From: Vulcanimicrobiota bacterium
Lineage (GTDB): Bacteria; Vulcanimicrobiota; Vulcanimicrobiia; Vulcanimicrobiales; Vulcanimicrobiaceae
Direction of reading: 5' to 3'
DNA: 64,000 nucleotides
Assembly (NCBI GenBank): GCA_963820825.1
Contig: CAWGBN010000002.1
Location: 192,001-256,000 of the forward strand
In this document: piece by piece, positions 51,530 through 62,954 of the stretch
Numbering within the stretch: position 1 is the first letter of the stretch
Layout: each line of letters starts with the position of its first letter
Notes under the pieces: model-generated
Databases searched by the model: none
What the model saw: the letters and a program-made list of their open reading frames with translations, nothing else
Told to the model about the DNA's origin: nothing
Translations under genes and position numbers: made by a program

Positions 51530-52309
51530 TCGCTTGATTTCAGGAAGACAGGATCGGCGCCGGCGGGCGCTATTTTGGTCGACGATCGCATCGGCAGCCA
51601 TCCACGTTATCTTTTTGACGCTGCTGCTTCTACGCAATCGCGCGGCTCTTCATACCGAAAGGCGAGAAAGAGATCGTCGCTGCGACGACGGTCATCACGA
51701 TGAACAAGGCCGGCACAGGCTCCGGCCCGCGCCTCACCGCGCGCACGGCGGTCGCCAGCATCAGTCCCCGCCCGCGCGGGTACCGCGTGCGGAGATCGCG
51801 CAGAGACGTACGACGTCCCGCACCGCCGCAAGTGCCGCACCGCCGGCCGCAGCGTCCCGTCGCGGCTCGAGCGCGACGAGGCCGGTTTCGCACGCGAAGT
51901 CGCCCAGCTCAACGAGCAGAACGATCCGCACGCGATCCCGACTATCGATCCGGCAGCGCGCGAGTCGTCGACGAAGAGCTACGCGTTCAACGTTCCCTCT
52001 TCGTTGCGCGGCGACGAGCACGGCAACGGAATCATCACGCCGGTGCAGAGCTGGCGCGAGAACGGACGCGACTGTTACTACGGACGGTACGAGTATACGT
52101 ACCCCGACGGTGCGACCGAGAGCGGCAATATTCTCTGGCCCTTCTGCTTCGAACCCGACGCCGATCCGTTCAAAGAGCCGCCGCATCCGATTCCGTTTCC
52201 ATTGCCGCTGCTGGGCTTCAAACTTCCGGCCGACGCGGCGATGCCGCCGATCGAAAAATCGGTCTATCAGCAGTGGGCTGCGGCCAACGGCGCTACGTCA
52301 GCGCCGTAG
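51530..52309 (+). CDS. Hypothetical membrane-anchored protein (TonB-like N-terminal anchor; frameshifted)
   Basis: [23 protein letters not shown] anchor, Pro-rich linker and C-terminal [14 protein letters not shown] domain. Confidence 0.5.
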
Positions 52310-52929
52310 GAGCGGCGTCTCTCGATCCCGTTGAGCACGAACTGCACGGCAAGGGCGGCAAGAATGATCCCAAGCAATCGCGTGACGACGTGAATGCCGG
52401 TCGTTCCGATCACGCCGAGCAGCCACGAAGAGCCGCGCATGCAGAGCCACGTTACGAGGAGCGCGACGGCGTAGGCGACCGTCACCACGACCAGGTCGAG
52501 GCGATCGCCGCGCGACAGGTTGACCAGCAAGAGCACGGTCGCAATCGTACCGGGACCCGCGATCATCGGAACGGCTAGTGGAAATACCGCAGGGTTCTCA
52601 CCCGCCGCGGCCTCGCGCTCTTCCGCTTCGGTGCGCTTCGCGCGCGTCGGACGCGCGAAGAGCATGTCGATTGCGATCAGGAAGAGCAAGATTCCACCGG
52701 CGATCATAAACGCCGGCAAGGTAATGCCGAGATACTCGAGGAGAACGCGTCCGACCACGCCCATGAAGAGCATGATGCCGGCCGCAACGATCACCGCCTG
52801 ATCGACGACCGCGTTGCGCCGCTCCGGGGCCATGCGCGACGTCGCCGCGAGCGTCATCGGAATCATGCCGATCGGGTCGATGATCGTAAATGCGGTTGCG
52901 AATGCCGTCGCGATGAATCGGGCGTCCAT
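52267..52929 (-). CDS. MarC family membrane protein
   Basis: IIDPIG, AGGILLF, AVFPLAVPMIAGPGTI and RLLGIILAALAVQF. Confidence 0.92.
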   Translation of the reverse strand: MDARFIATAFATAFTIIDPIGMIPMTLAATSRMAPERRNAVVDQAVIVAAGIMLFMGVVGRVLLEYLGITLPAFMIAGGILLFLIAIDMLFARPTRAKRTEAEEREAAAGENPAVFPLAVPMIAGPGTIATVLLLVNLSRGDRLDLVVVTVAYAVALLVTWLCMRGSSWLLGVIGTTGIHVVTRLLGIILAALAVQFVLNGIERRRSYGADVAPLAAAHC

Positions 52930-52979
52930 GGTGCGACCAAAGGGTATCGTCTGATGAAGGCTAACGTCAAGGGCTCGAA

Positions 52980-54119
52980 GTGAACGCCGTCAACATCGAG
53001 GATCTGCGGCGCCTCGCGCGGCGCCGCCTTCCGCGCGTCGTCTTCGACTATATCGACGGCGGCGCCGAGAGCGAAACGACGCTTCGCGAAAACTGCGAGG
53101 CATTCGCCCGGCTGCGATTTCGTCCGCGCAATGCCGTCGGCAACGCCCCCTGCGATCTACGCACGACGGTGCTCGGCACGACCCTGGAACTACCCTTCCT
53201 GCTCGCGCCGGTCGGGAGCAGCCGGCTCTTCTTCCCGCGCGGCGAGTGCGTCGCGGCCGCAAGGGCGGGCGAGGCCGGAACCGCTTACGTTTTATCGACG
53301 CTCTCCGGTTGCCGGCTCGAAGAGGTCCGCGCCGCGTCGCGCGGGCCTCTGTGGTATCAGCTCTATCTCGTCGCCGGGCGCGAGGTCGCCTCGGCCGCGA
53401 TCGAGCGCGCCCGAAACGCCGGTTTCTCTGCACTGGTCGTAACGATCGATACGGCCGTCGCCGGCGAGCGCGAGCGCGATCTTCGCAACGGAGCGAAGGA
53501 GCTCACCGGTGGCAACCCTCTCGCGATGCTCCCGTTTGCGCCGCAGCTTCTCGCGCGCCCGCGCTGGCTGCTCGATTTCGTGCGCGACGGCGGGATGATG
53601 AAGTTTCCGAACGTCGTCTTGCCGGCGGCAGGCGAGATGGGTTACGCCGACGTCGCGGCCGCACTGGCGCAATCCACGGTCGCATGGTCAGACCTCGTCT
53701 GGGTCCGCGAGCTTTGGCCCGGACCGATCGTCGTCAAAGGCGTTCTCACCGCCGAGGATGCGCGCCGCGCGGTCGAGGCCGGTGCGGCGGCAATCGTCGT
53801 CTCGAATCACGGCGGACGACAGCTCGACGGCGTCGCTGCGACGATTGACGCACTCCCCGAGGTCGTCGAGGCCGTCGCCGGACGTGCCGAAGTCTATCTC
53901 GATAGCGGCGTGCGCCGCGGCTCGGACGTCGTCAAGGCGCTTTGTGTCGGCGCGCGCGCGGTGCTCGTCGGGCGCGCCTACGCGTACGGACTCGGCGCCG
54001 GCGGCGGCGCCGGCGTGACGCGTGCAATCGAGATCTTGCGCGACGGCGTCGCGCGAACGCTCCACTTGCTCGGATGCCACGCAACGAGCGAACTCAACCG
54101 CTCGTACCTCGCAACGTAG
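52980..54119 (+). CDS. FMN-dependent alpha-hydroxy-acid dehydrogenase/oxidase (LldD-like)
   Basis: FDYIDGGA, WYQLY, VVSNHGGRQLD and DSGVRRGSDV. Confidence 0.92.
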   Translation: MNAVNIEDLRRLARRRLPRVVFDYIDGGAESETTLRENCEAFARLRFRPRNAVGNAPCDLRTTVLGTTLELPFLLAPVGSSRLFFPRGECVAAARAGEAGTAYVLSTLSGCRLEEVRAASRGPLWYQLYLVAGREVASAAIERARNAGFSALVVTIDTAVAGERERDLRNGAKELTGGNPLAMLPFAPQLLARPRWLLDFVRDGGMMKFPNVVLPAAGEMGYADVAAALAQSTVAWSDLVWVRELWPGPIVVKGVLTAEDARRAVEAGAAAIVVSNHGGRQLDGVAATIDALPEVVEAVAGRAEVYLDSGVRRGSDVVKALCVGARAVLVGRAYAYGLGAGGGAGVTRAIEILRDGVARTLHLLGCHATSELNRSYLAT

Positions 54120-54710
54120 ATGCAACTCTATCTGCGCGGACGTCTGCCGCACAACGGCGTTGCCGTAATCGGAAGCCGTACTCCACCACCCGCCGCCGCC
54201 GCCTTCGCCTACGAGCTCGCCTACGCACTCAACGAGCCGATCGTCGCCGGGCTCGCTCCGGGAATCGACGTTGCCGCGCATCGCGGCGCGATTGCGGCCG
54301 GCACTCCGACGGTGGCATTCGTCGGTTACGGTTTCGGTTGCACCGATCCGCCAGAACACGCCGAGCTCGAATCGCAGATCGTGGCCGCGGGCGGCGCGAT
54401 TGCAACGTTGCTTCCCCCGGGAACGCGCATCTCCGAAGAATCTCGGATCGAACGCGACCGCCTTCAGGCCGAACAGGCGCGCGCCGTCGTGCTCGTCTGC
54501 AGCGAGATCGGCGGCGGAGCGATGTATACGATGAAGTTTGCGCGCGAGCTTGGGCGACCGCGCTTCGCGGTCGAGCCGCCGCACGACGTGCGCGACGCGC
54601 CCGAGTGGAGCGGCAACCTCGCATGCATTCGTGACGGTGCCGCGCCGCTTCCGTTCGACGTGATCAAGGCGACCGAGGCAATAAAGGCGCTCGGCCTCGA
54701 CGTTACTTGA
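54120..54710 (+). CDS. Short DprA/Smf (SLOG) domain protein
   Basis: VAVIGSR, IVAGLAPGIDVAAHRGA and ERDRLQA motifs. Confidence 0.75.
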   Translation: MQLYLRGRLPHNGVAVIGSRTPPPAAAAFAYELAYALNEPIVAGLAPGIDVAAHRGAIAAGTPTVAFVGYGFGCTDPPEHAELESQIVAAGGAIATLLPPGTRISEESRIERDRLQAEQARAVVLVCSEIGGGAMYTMKFARELGRPRFAVEPPHDVRDAPEWSGNLACIRDGAAPLPFDVIKATEAIKALGLDVT

Positions 54711-55728
54711 TCGCCGAGACCTCCTGCGTCGTGATTGGCGATACGTTGTTGCCCCACGAGGAGCGCACGTAGGTCGCGACGGCGGCGATGTCGCCGGCGG
54801 AGAGTTGCCCTCTCCACGACGGCATCATGTTGCGGCCCTGAACGATCGTGGTCAGCATCGTGGTCGGATTGTCGATGTTGACGTGCGGATTACCGGCGAG
54901 TGCCGGCCCGATTCCGCCGGCTCCGTTTGCGCCCGTGACAGGCAGCGCAGTTCTTTGCGTAGACCGAAGCCCCGACTTGAACCGATACCGGTGCTCCGGC
55001 CGCGGCAACTTCCTGCTCGGTCACCGGCGAGGCATTGTTGCTCCAGGCCGAGCGAACGTAGGTCGCCACCGAAGCGATATCGGCGTTGCTGAGCTGTCCT
55101 TTCCAGGTCGGCATTTGAGCGTTGTACGTCTTACCGTTGACGGTCAGCAGGCCGGTACGGCCGTTCACGATGACGGCGATCATCGTGCCGGGATCGGCGG
55201 CAGTGATGACCGGGTTTCCGGCGAGCGGCGGAAAGACGTCGGTACCTTGACCCGAGGATTGGTGACAGGTCGCGCAATGAGCGGCAAAAAGCGCTTCGCC
55301 ACTGAGCGCAATCGGTGCGCGTGCGACCGTTACCTGATCGGCAGAGACGGCCGGCGCGCTGTTTTCCCAGGCGGAACGGACGTAGGTCAGCACCGCTGCG
55401 ATCTCGGCATCGGAAAGATCGCGCCACGCGGGCATATTGCCGCCGTACTGCGCGCCGTTCACCGTAATCGGACCGGTTCGTGCCGTTCAGAACGGTCCGG
55501 ATCAGTGCGCCACTGTCGACCGCGTTGACGTCGGGATTTGCCCGCGAGCGGCGGGTAAGGGCCACCGCCCTGACCGTTGGCTTGATGACAAGCCGCGCAG
55601 TTGAGGGAGAAAGATCGCTTTACCGTCGGGCGGTTGGGCGCCCATCACCTTCCGTGGGAAACGGCTGCGAGAATCAATCCGCTGAGAACGATCCCGGCGA
55701 GATAGGCAAACCTAACGGTGCTGTTCAA
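54703..55728 (-). CDS. Periplasmic tri-haem cytochrome c (three class-I domains; frameshifted)
   Basis: GGAGG RBS with TTG start and signal peptide; CAACH, CATCH and CAACH, each followed by a PxLAGNP...MPxW...IAxVxTYVRSxW repeat. Confidence 0.8.
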
Positions 55729-55784
55729 GCGCGACCTCCCTCCAGCGGCACGTACTCCGCTTTACGAGAATCGACTTCGACGAC

Positions 55785-56977
55785 TTACATCACCAACCTG
55801 TTTGCGAGAGCGGCGGCCACAGCGGACCCAGTCGGCACGGCGAACCAGATCAGTCCGTTCCACGTCGGCTTTTGTCCGACGCCAAGGCCTCTTCGGCGTA
55901 GAGCATGATGAAGCGCGTTATGTGATAGGAAGCGTCGATGTTCCCGATCTGCGTGTGCGTGCCCAAGCCATCGTTGGTGAGCTGTTCGCCGACCGAGACG
56001 AGCGCTCGCTTACCGATATTATCGTAGAGTTCGTACGAGATGCCGTTGCTGCCCGACAGCGGGAAGGCCCGTACCTGGATTGCTGTCGTGATTCATCTGA
56101 TAGGTTGCGAGGAATCCGGGGAGCGCCGTTGACCGGGTCGCGCTGCGCGTAAAATCCGTTGCTGTAATACTGGTCGAAATCGCGCCTCGCTCAGCGGCCA
56201 TGAGCCGCGCGCGCCGTAGTAGCCGAACTCCAGCGGATTGCTTCGATTCGCGAACGCAAGTTTATACTGCAGCGTCTTGTCCTGGCCGCGAGTCGTATGC
56301 ATTGAAACCGTTGAGATCGGCGCCCGAGGTGACGTAGGCAATCTCTGCGTCGAGCGAGCCGCGCTCGATAGGCGAACTTGTATCCCCAGCGATTGCCATC
56401 CAGTTGGTAGGCGTGCTCGCCGACGGTGATCTCCGCCTGCGAGTTGCACCGTAAGGCCGCAGACGTCAAGCCACTGACTGAACTCGGACGGGGCCGGCAC
56501 TTCGAGCTTGCCCGCGAAGATGTGACCCGCACCGTTGAAAGAAGTTGTTGTAGGCAATCCACGCCGTGTCGAGACCGCCGGCCTCGACTCGCCTCCCAAA
56601 TCCATTGCTGCACGTGATAGGTCCATTCGCTCTTGGGAGTTCCGAAGGCACCGTCGGCGTGCAGTCCGAGATCGTCCCGATGTCCCACGACGCCGCGTTC
56701 GGCGTCTGCTGGCTGATAGCCGACGGGATAGTCTACCCATATCGGCGACTCGCGCTCCAACACGTGCGGATTCAGACCCGGCGTATCCCGTGCGCTGGAC
56801 CCAGCGCCCGTAGGCGTTGAGTGCGGGAATCTGAATGTGACAGTAGGAGCACGGTATGCCGTACGCCTGCGCAAAGTTCGGCATCGCCAGCGCCGGTTTA
56901 CACGCGGCAAAGACGATCGCGGCGAAGGCCGCAACCATAATGCTTGGACGAAGACCGATTTTGCTATGGACGTGCAT
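55785..56977 (-). CDS. Cyc2-like fused monohaem cytochrome / outer-membrane beta-barrel (frameshifted)
   Basis: Signal peptide then MPNFAQAYGIPCSYCHIQIPALNAYGRWVQRTGY; downstream frames give amphipathic, aromatic beta strands. Confidence 0.7.
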
Positions 56978-57221
56978 CTGATATCTCCTAGCCGCTTATT
57001 ATGCCCTCGACTCTAGCGGCCGCCTGGGAAGATTACGGGAATCGGACCTTCTCAGAATCTTCTCCAGCAGCGGCACCTTGGAGAGCGAGTGGGGCGGCGG
57101 CTGCCCGAGCCAGGGCACGAAAGCCCAGCCTTGGCGGGGAAGCGGCAGAAGATGACGAAACTCACTCAGGACCCGGGGTATCCCCGGCCACACTCCAGCT
57201 ACTGCTTAAGGAGATCCACCT

Positions 57222-58296
57222 ATGCGATTGATATCGTCAGCACTGTGTACGACAGTCGCTGTGGCGTTGCTCGCGGGCTGCTCCGGCATGTCTCAGACTA
57301 CCCCATCTGCGCCGAGCAGCACCGGACAAACGCAATCTCGGTTCGACCATGGCAAGTATAAGCCCCATTGGGCCTATCCTGCCTCGCTCATTCCGCATCT
57401 GGGCGCTCCGCCCCGCTACCGTGAAGTGCTGCAGCGCTTCGCCAAGAAGCACGGGAACGACGGCGGCATCTATGCCACCGAGTTCCTTGGAACTTCCGCC
57501 TTTGGCTACCAGCACGTCAACACGGGCAACAACCCGCCCGAATGCTCCGTCGGACCGGTCTCCTATATCAACGGCGTCGCCGTTGACGGTAAGGGCAACC
57601 TGATCGATCCCGATGGCGGCACCCGCTCGGTCATCGTTTTCAGCGGTCCGGGAATGTGCGGCTCAGAAGCCGGCTACGTTCTCCGATCCGTACGGTCAGC
57701 CGTCCGACGCTTCGAGCGCCGACGCGGTGAACGGAACGATTGCCGTCGGTAACATCTTCGACAACAGCGGTCTCCCGGGCAGCATCTCGGTCTGCACGAT
57801 GTCCGGCGGCTGTACGGCCAACCTGACCTCCTCTTCGATGTACGAAGTCGCCGGCGTCGCCATGGACAACAGCGGCAACTGCTATGCTTCGGCAACGAAC
57901 TCGGGCGGCACGGCCACCCTCACCTACTTCGCCGGCTGCACCGGATCGGGACAACAGGCGACGGGCTTACATGAACACCTACTACGGCGGCTTGGACATT
58001 GACAAGAACGGCAACATCGTTGCCATCAGCGCCTTCGACAGCAATGTCTACGTGTACTCGGGTTGCAACCCGGCATGCACGCTCGTCGGCGGCCCCTTCC
58101 CGATGCACGGTGAAGCGGTCTTCGGACACCTGAACAAGCAGTCGATGACCTTCGCTCTGGCGACTTCGCCAACGGCGAGATCGACGTCTACTACTACAGC
58201 CCGAGCGCGCTCACGTATTGGTACAGCTTCAACAACGGTCTCAGCGCAAGCTACGACCCGGAAGGCTGTGCGTTCAACCCGCGTTCCACTCAGTAA
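57222..58296 (+). CDS. Secreted Cys-rich lipoprotein, probable beta-propeller (frameshifted)
   Basis: AAGGAG RBS, lipobox LAGC, repeats GVAVDGKGNL / GVAMDNSGN / GLDIDKNGN. Confidence 0.7.
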
Positions 58297-58329
58297 CACT
58301 AGCGAAGACTAGCGTTTAGAAACGCTGCG

Positions 58330-58364
58330 AAAGAGGGTGACCGGTTCGACCGGTCGCCCTCTTT
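58330..58364. terminator. Bidirectional intrinsic terminator
   Basis: aaagagggtgaccggt-tcg-accggtcgccctcttt hairpin between convergent genes. Confidence 0.8.
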
Positions 58365-58369
58365 ATACT

Positions 58370-59904
58370 TTAGAGATCCGGCGCCAAGCCGACGTCGATC
58401 GAGGTCTCGAAGGTGCGGCTCCAAGGCAGCCCAATCGACATCGCGGCGATGTGATAGCCCGGATCGAGCTGAGGGAGAATTTCGGAGCGCATAACCCCAG
58501 AGCAACGCTCGTGTGCGCTGCGCGATTCGCGCGGCGGGCTCCGGCGCGAGCAGCGAATGATCGGTGACGCCCTCCAACGCGAGCGCTGCGTTGAGATCCG
58601 GCCGGACCTCGTCGTGAAACGCATAGTCGTCGAGAAACATCGGACGAAGGTGAACGTACGATGCGCCAGCGCGTCGTACGTGCGCATGCGTCGCCCGGCT
58701 CCGGCTGCTATCGCTTCGGCGAGCGCCGTCCCCACGGTGTTGGCATTCGTGTTCCAGGAAGAGTAGGCATCGAGTCTGGACGCGACTCCCGAGGCGAGAA
58801 TGCTTCCGCGCAAAATCGGCCTGCTCGCGCGTACGAGCCGAGATACGAGAGATCGGCCAACGCCGACGGATCGACCCGCTGCGGCATCGGCCGCGCATCG
58901 CCGCGGCGAAGGCGCGTCGTCTTGCGCCGGACGTCGTTCCGGGAACGCGGACGTAGAGCACGATCTCAGGGTGCGCGTCGTCGCGAATGCCGCCGCAGAC
59001 GTCGATCAGGGCCTCGATCGCCGTCGGAGATCGGCGCGTACTCGATCGGATCCTGATACGCTCGCGCCGTCGGGCGTCGAGTAGCGAACGGCGACGCGCG
59101 GCGCCACCGCGCCGCGCGCGCGATCGCGTGCGCGACCAGCGCCATGCCCAGCTCGTCGGCGCCGGGCTCGATCGAGACGCGGCTCTGCGAGTCGAGGCCG
59201 CCGCCAGATCGGATTGCAGCAGCGCGACGTCGGGCACGTGCAGCCCGACCGGACCGGCGTCGTCCTGCCCGAGCACGAGCCGATCGATCGCGCCCGCGGA
59301 CAGTGAGCTTGAGCAGGAGCCGGTCGACGGCGAGATTGCGGGCGCGCGTCGCGAGATACGCGTCGAGCGTCGCGGGCCCGATCAGGTCGCGCAGTTGCGC
59401 CGCGCGCGCCGTCTTCGCTCGGCAGCAGCGGATCGTGCAGGTTCGCATACTCTTGCAAGTACGCCCAAATGGGATAGGCGCGCAAAGAACGGCGTGCCGG
59501 CCGGAATGCCGGTCGGCGCGAGACGCATGATCGTGCCGAACGCGCCGATCCACGCGTGCGGCGATTCGCGCGCGCAGATGCGCCAGTTCGCGCAGGCGCG
59601 AGTAGGCATCGACGTACGTCGCGCCCGGCACGCGCGAGGCGATCAATCCGCCGTAGGCCAGCATGTCGGTCGAGACGACGAAGGCGTCGGGCCGGCGATT
59701 CGTCGTCTCGCGATTGAGCCACCGAATCAGCGCGTCGGAACGCCCGGCTTCGAGGAATCGCCCGAGCAGCGCGTGCGGCGGCGCGTCGCACCGGTACGCC
59801 GGCGATGCGCCCGAGCATCACCGGAAGCTGCGCCGTCACCGGCCGGTCGTCGATCGGAACGAATGCGATCGTCGCCAGCAACGCAGCGCAGCGAGTCCGA
59901 TCAA
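58370..59904 (-). CDS. DUF4127-like protein (frameshifted)
   Basis: [56 protein letters not shown] and LPWSRTFE. Confidence 0.7.
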
Positions 59905-60797
59905 AGCAGGGCTCGCAGCGATCCGCCGCGCCGCGTCGAGCAGCGTCGCGCGCCGTCGCGGCGTCGACGTCCGCGGCGCTCCATGACGATCGCGACTTTG
60001 ACGCGCCCTTCGGCGGCATCGATCAACTCGGCCGCCGCGCGCGTGCGTCGACCTCCGGCCAACTCGGCGATCATGCGTAGCGCGCGAGCGCGCAGCTTTG
60101 CGTTCGACGCGACGAGATCGACCATCAGATTGTCGTGCACCTTCCCCAAGCGAACCATCACCGCGGTCGAGATTGCGTTGAGCGCAATCTTCTGCGCGGT
60201 CCCGGCCTTCATGCGCGTCGATCCGGCCAGCGCTTCCGCACCCGTGTCGAAGACGATCGCGGCCTCGGCCGTCGCGCGCGAGCGGCGAATCGGCGACGCC
60301 GTGAGCGCGAGCGTATACGCGCCGAGCTCGCGTGCGCGCTTCGATCGCCGGCGACCACGAAAGCCGCGCCTCCGCTCGCCGAGATCCCGATCGACCGCAT
60401 CGTCGCCCTTCGCGCATGCGCCGCATCAGCGCCGCGCCGGCCTCACCGTCGTCTTCGGCGCCTTCGACCGAACGCGTTACCGCCGCCGGACCGCCGGCGA
60501 CATGCGCGCACACCAGCTCGGGCGGCGTTCCAAACGTCGGAGGCATCTCGGCCGCATCGAGCACGGCGAGCCGCCCGCTGCTCCCGGCGCCGACGTAGTG
60601 CAGCGTGCCGCCGCGCGAAGACGCGCGGCGATTGCGTCGACCGCATCGGCGATCGCTTCGGTCTGCGCGAGGACGGCCTCCACGGCCGTCGCGCTGCTCG
60701 CCGACGAGCAGTTCGACGAGCGCGGGCGTGCTCGACCGAGTCGAGACCGGCACTGCGCTGGTTGCGCGCGTTCGGTCGAAGGAAGATCGGCGCTCAT
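59901..60797 (-). CDS. murQ: N-acetylmuramic acid 6-phosphate etherase (frameshifted)
   Basis: [42 protein letters not shown] and [13 protein letters not shown]. Confidence 0.88.
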
Positions 60798-61953
60798 TCG
60801 AGATGCGCGCATTCGCCGGCGATCTCGCCGAGCAACGTCGCGCAGCTCGTACGGAGCGATCGCTCCGAGGCACGACCGGATGCGCCGCGCCCGTCGCGGC
60901 CGGGACGTTTGACGCGCGGCCGCGCAGCGTCTCGTAACCGAGTACGGCAAACGCCATCGCTTCTTTTGCATCGCGCCGGAAGGCCCATCGCGTCGGAGGT
61001 TTCGACGCGCGCGCCGTCGAGCCGTGCCGCGAGCCGGCGCATCAGCGCCGCGTTGCGCGCGCCGCCACCGCTGACGACGACGCGTGCGCGCGCGAATCCC
61101 GCTCGTTCGACCGCCTCTGCGATCGAACGCCGCGGTCAGCTCCGTCAGCGTCGCCGCGCCGTCTTCGAGCGAGAGCCGGTCGAGCGCGCCGCTATGCCGG
61201 AATAGGAACTGGCGCGCCGAAACGCTCGCGTCCGGTCGTCTTCGGCGGCACCGCTGCGAAGTACTCATCCGCGAGGATCGCTTCGAGGAGCTGGGGATCG
61301 ACGCGCCCCTCGGCGGCGAGCGTGCCGTCTTCGTCGAAGGTGCGCGCCCCCGCGTGCGTTCCCGGACGAACGCATCGATCAAGCATATTCGCCGGCCCGG
61401 TATCGAAGGCGATCGCCTCCGCCGCGCTCGCACCGGCGCCGAGCAAGGTAACGTTCGCGATCCCGCCGAGGTTGAGCGCGACGCGATCCTCATCCTCGCT
61501 CGCAAGGAGCAGCGCGTCGACGCGCGCGACGAGCGGCGCGCCCTGACCGCCGGCCGCGCAATCGGCGCTGCGAAAATCGTAACAGACGGTTCTTTTCAAC
61601 GCTTCGCGGATCACGAACGCGTCGCCGAGTTGCAGCGTCACGCGCGCCGCGCCGTCGTGCCAGAGCGTCTGGCCGTGCGAGGCGACGAATCCGATCGGCT
61701 CGTCGAGGGCGACGGCGCGAGCGGCGCGCGCGTAGGCCGTTCCCAGCGCGCGATGAAGACGCGCCGCAGCGGCAACCGTGCCGGCGTGCGGCGGGAGCGC
61801 CGCGAGGAGCGCATCGTGCAGCTCGGAATCGAACGGATCCATGCGAAAGCGCAAGAGCTTGACCGCATAGCTCTGCCCGCGAGGAAGAATTTCGACGAGC
61901 GCCGCGTCGACGCCGTCGAGCGAGGTTCCGCTCATCAGACCGACGGCACGCAT
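60794..61953 (-). CDS. anmK: Anhydro-N-acetylmuramic acid kinase (frameshifted)
   Basis: [23 protein letters not shown]...[22 protein letters not shown] and PPKTTGRE. Confidence 0.9.
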
Positions 61954-62954
61954 TCGATCATCGCTTCGTAAAAACGCGAACGAACGTCGCGCGTCTCCGC
62001 ACGGCCGAAGTAGACGGCGTTGGTTAAGAGCACGCCCTGCACGTCGCGCCGCGGATCGGCCCAGACGCAGGTGCCGACGAAACCGGTGTGTCCGAACGAC
62101 GTACGATCCATCAATCGGCCGCAGGAGTTCTCGTCGTTCGTTTTGAGCGCCCACCCGAGGCCGCGTCGCAGAACGGGATCGTCGGCCTGCTGCGATATGG
62201 CTTCGCGCACGATCGATTCGGGAAGGCGCGCGCATCGACGCCCGAGCAACGTTCCGAGATAGCACTCGGTAAGCGCGGCGACGTCGGCGGCCGTGCCGAA
62301 GAGTCCGGCGTGTCCGGCGACGCCGCCCATCAGGTAGGCCTTTTCGTCGTGAACGAAGCCCTGCACGCGTCCGCGCCAGTCGTCGTCTTCAGTCGCGGGA
62401 ATCGAAGACCGCAGCGCAGCGCGCGGGCGATAGGTCAGCGTCGGCGAGAAGGATCGCGGCGAGCGCCGCAAGCGATCGTCCGGCGATCCTCTCGACGACG
62501 GCACCCGCAGCAATGAATCCGAGATCGCTGTAGATCACCCGATCGCCCGGGGGCGCGATCAACTCCGAGCGCAGCGCGAATCGCTCGACGTTCTCGTCGA
62601 CGATCGTGCGGTAATCGGCACCCGAGTTCATGCCCGACGTATGGGCGAGCAGCATTCGCGCGGTGATCGCACGGTGCGCTCCGCGGTTCCATTCGGGAAG
62701 TATGCGGACGAGCGGCTCGTCGAGTGCGAGCGCTCCGGCCGCAACCCGCTCCAGAGCAGCGTCGCTACGAAGAGTTTCGTCAGCGAGGCGAGATCGAAGA
62801 GCGTATCGGCGTAGACCGGACGTGCGAGAGCGTCGGCGCGAGTTTGGCCGAGCGCGCGCTCGTAGACAACGCATCCGCGACGTTCGATGCGCGCCGTGAC
62901 CGCGGTGAATTCGGCTCCGCAAGCCTGCTCGAGCAAGGCGTCTATGCGATTCAT
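61935..62954 (-). CDS. Serine hydrolase, beta-lactamase family (AmiE-like; frameshifted)
   Basis: FDLASLTK (SxxK), LLAHTSG, YSDLGFI, VHDEKA, GHAGLF and FGHTGF. Confidence 0.85.

Noticed and set aside
57080..57175. Glycine or cobalamin riboswitch, or hammerhead ribozyme
   Set aside because: Lacks the glycine GCCGAAG/CTCTCAGG core, a full B12 box, and the CTGATGA-stem II-GAAA arrangement.
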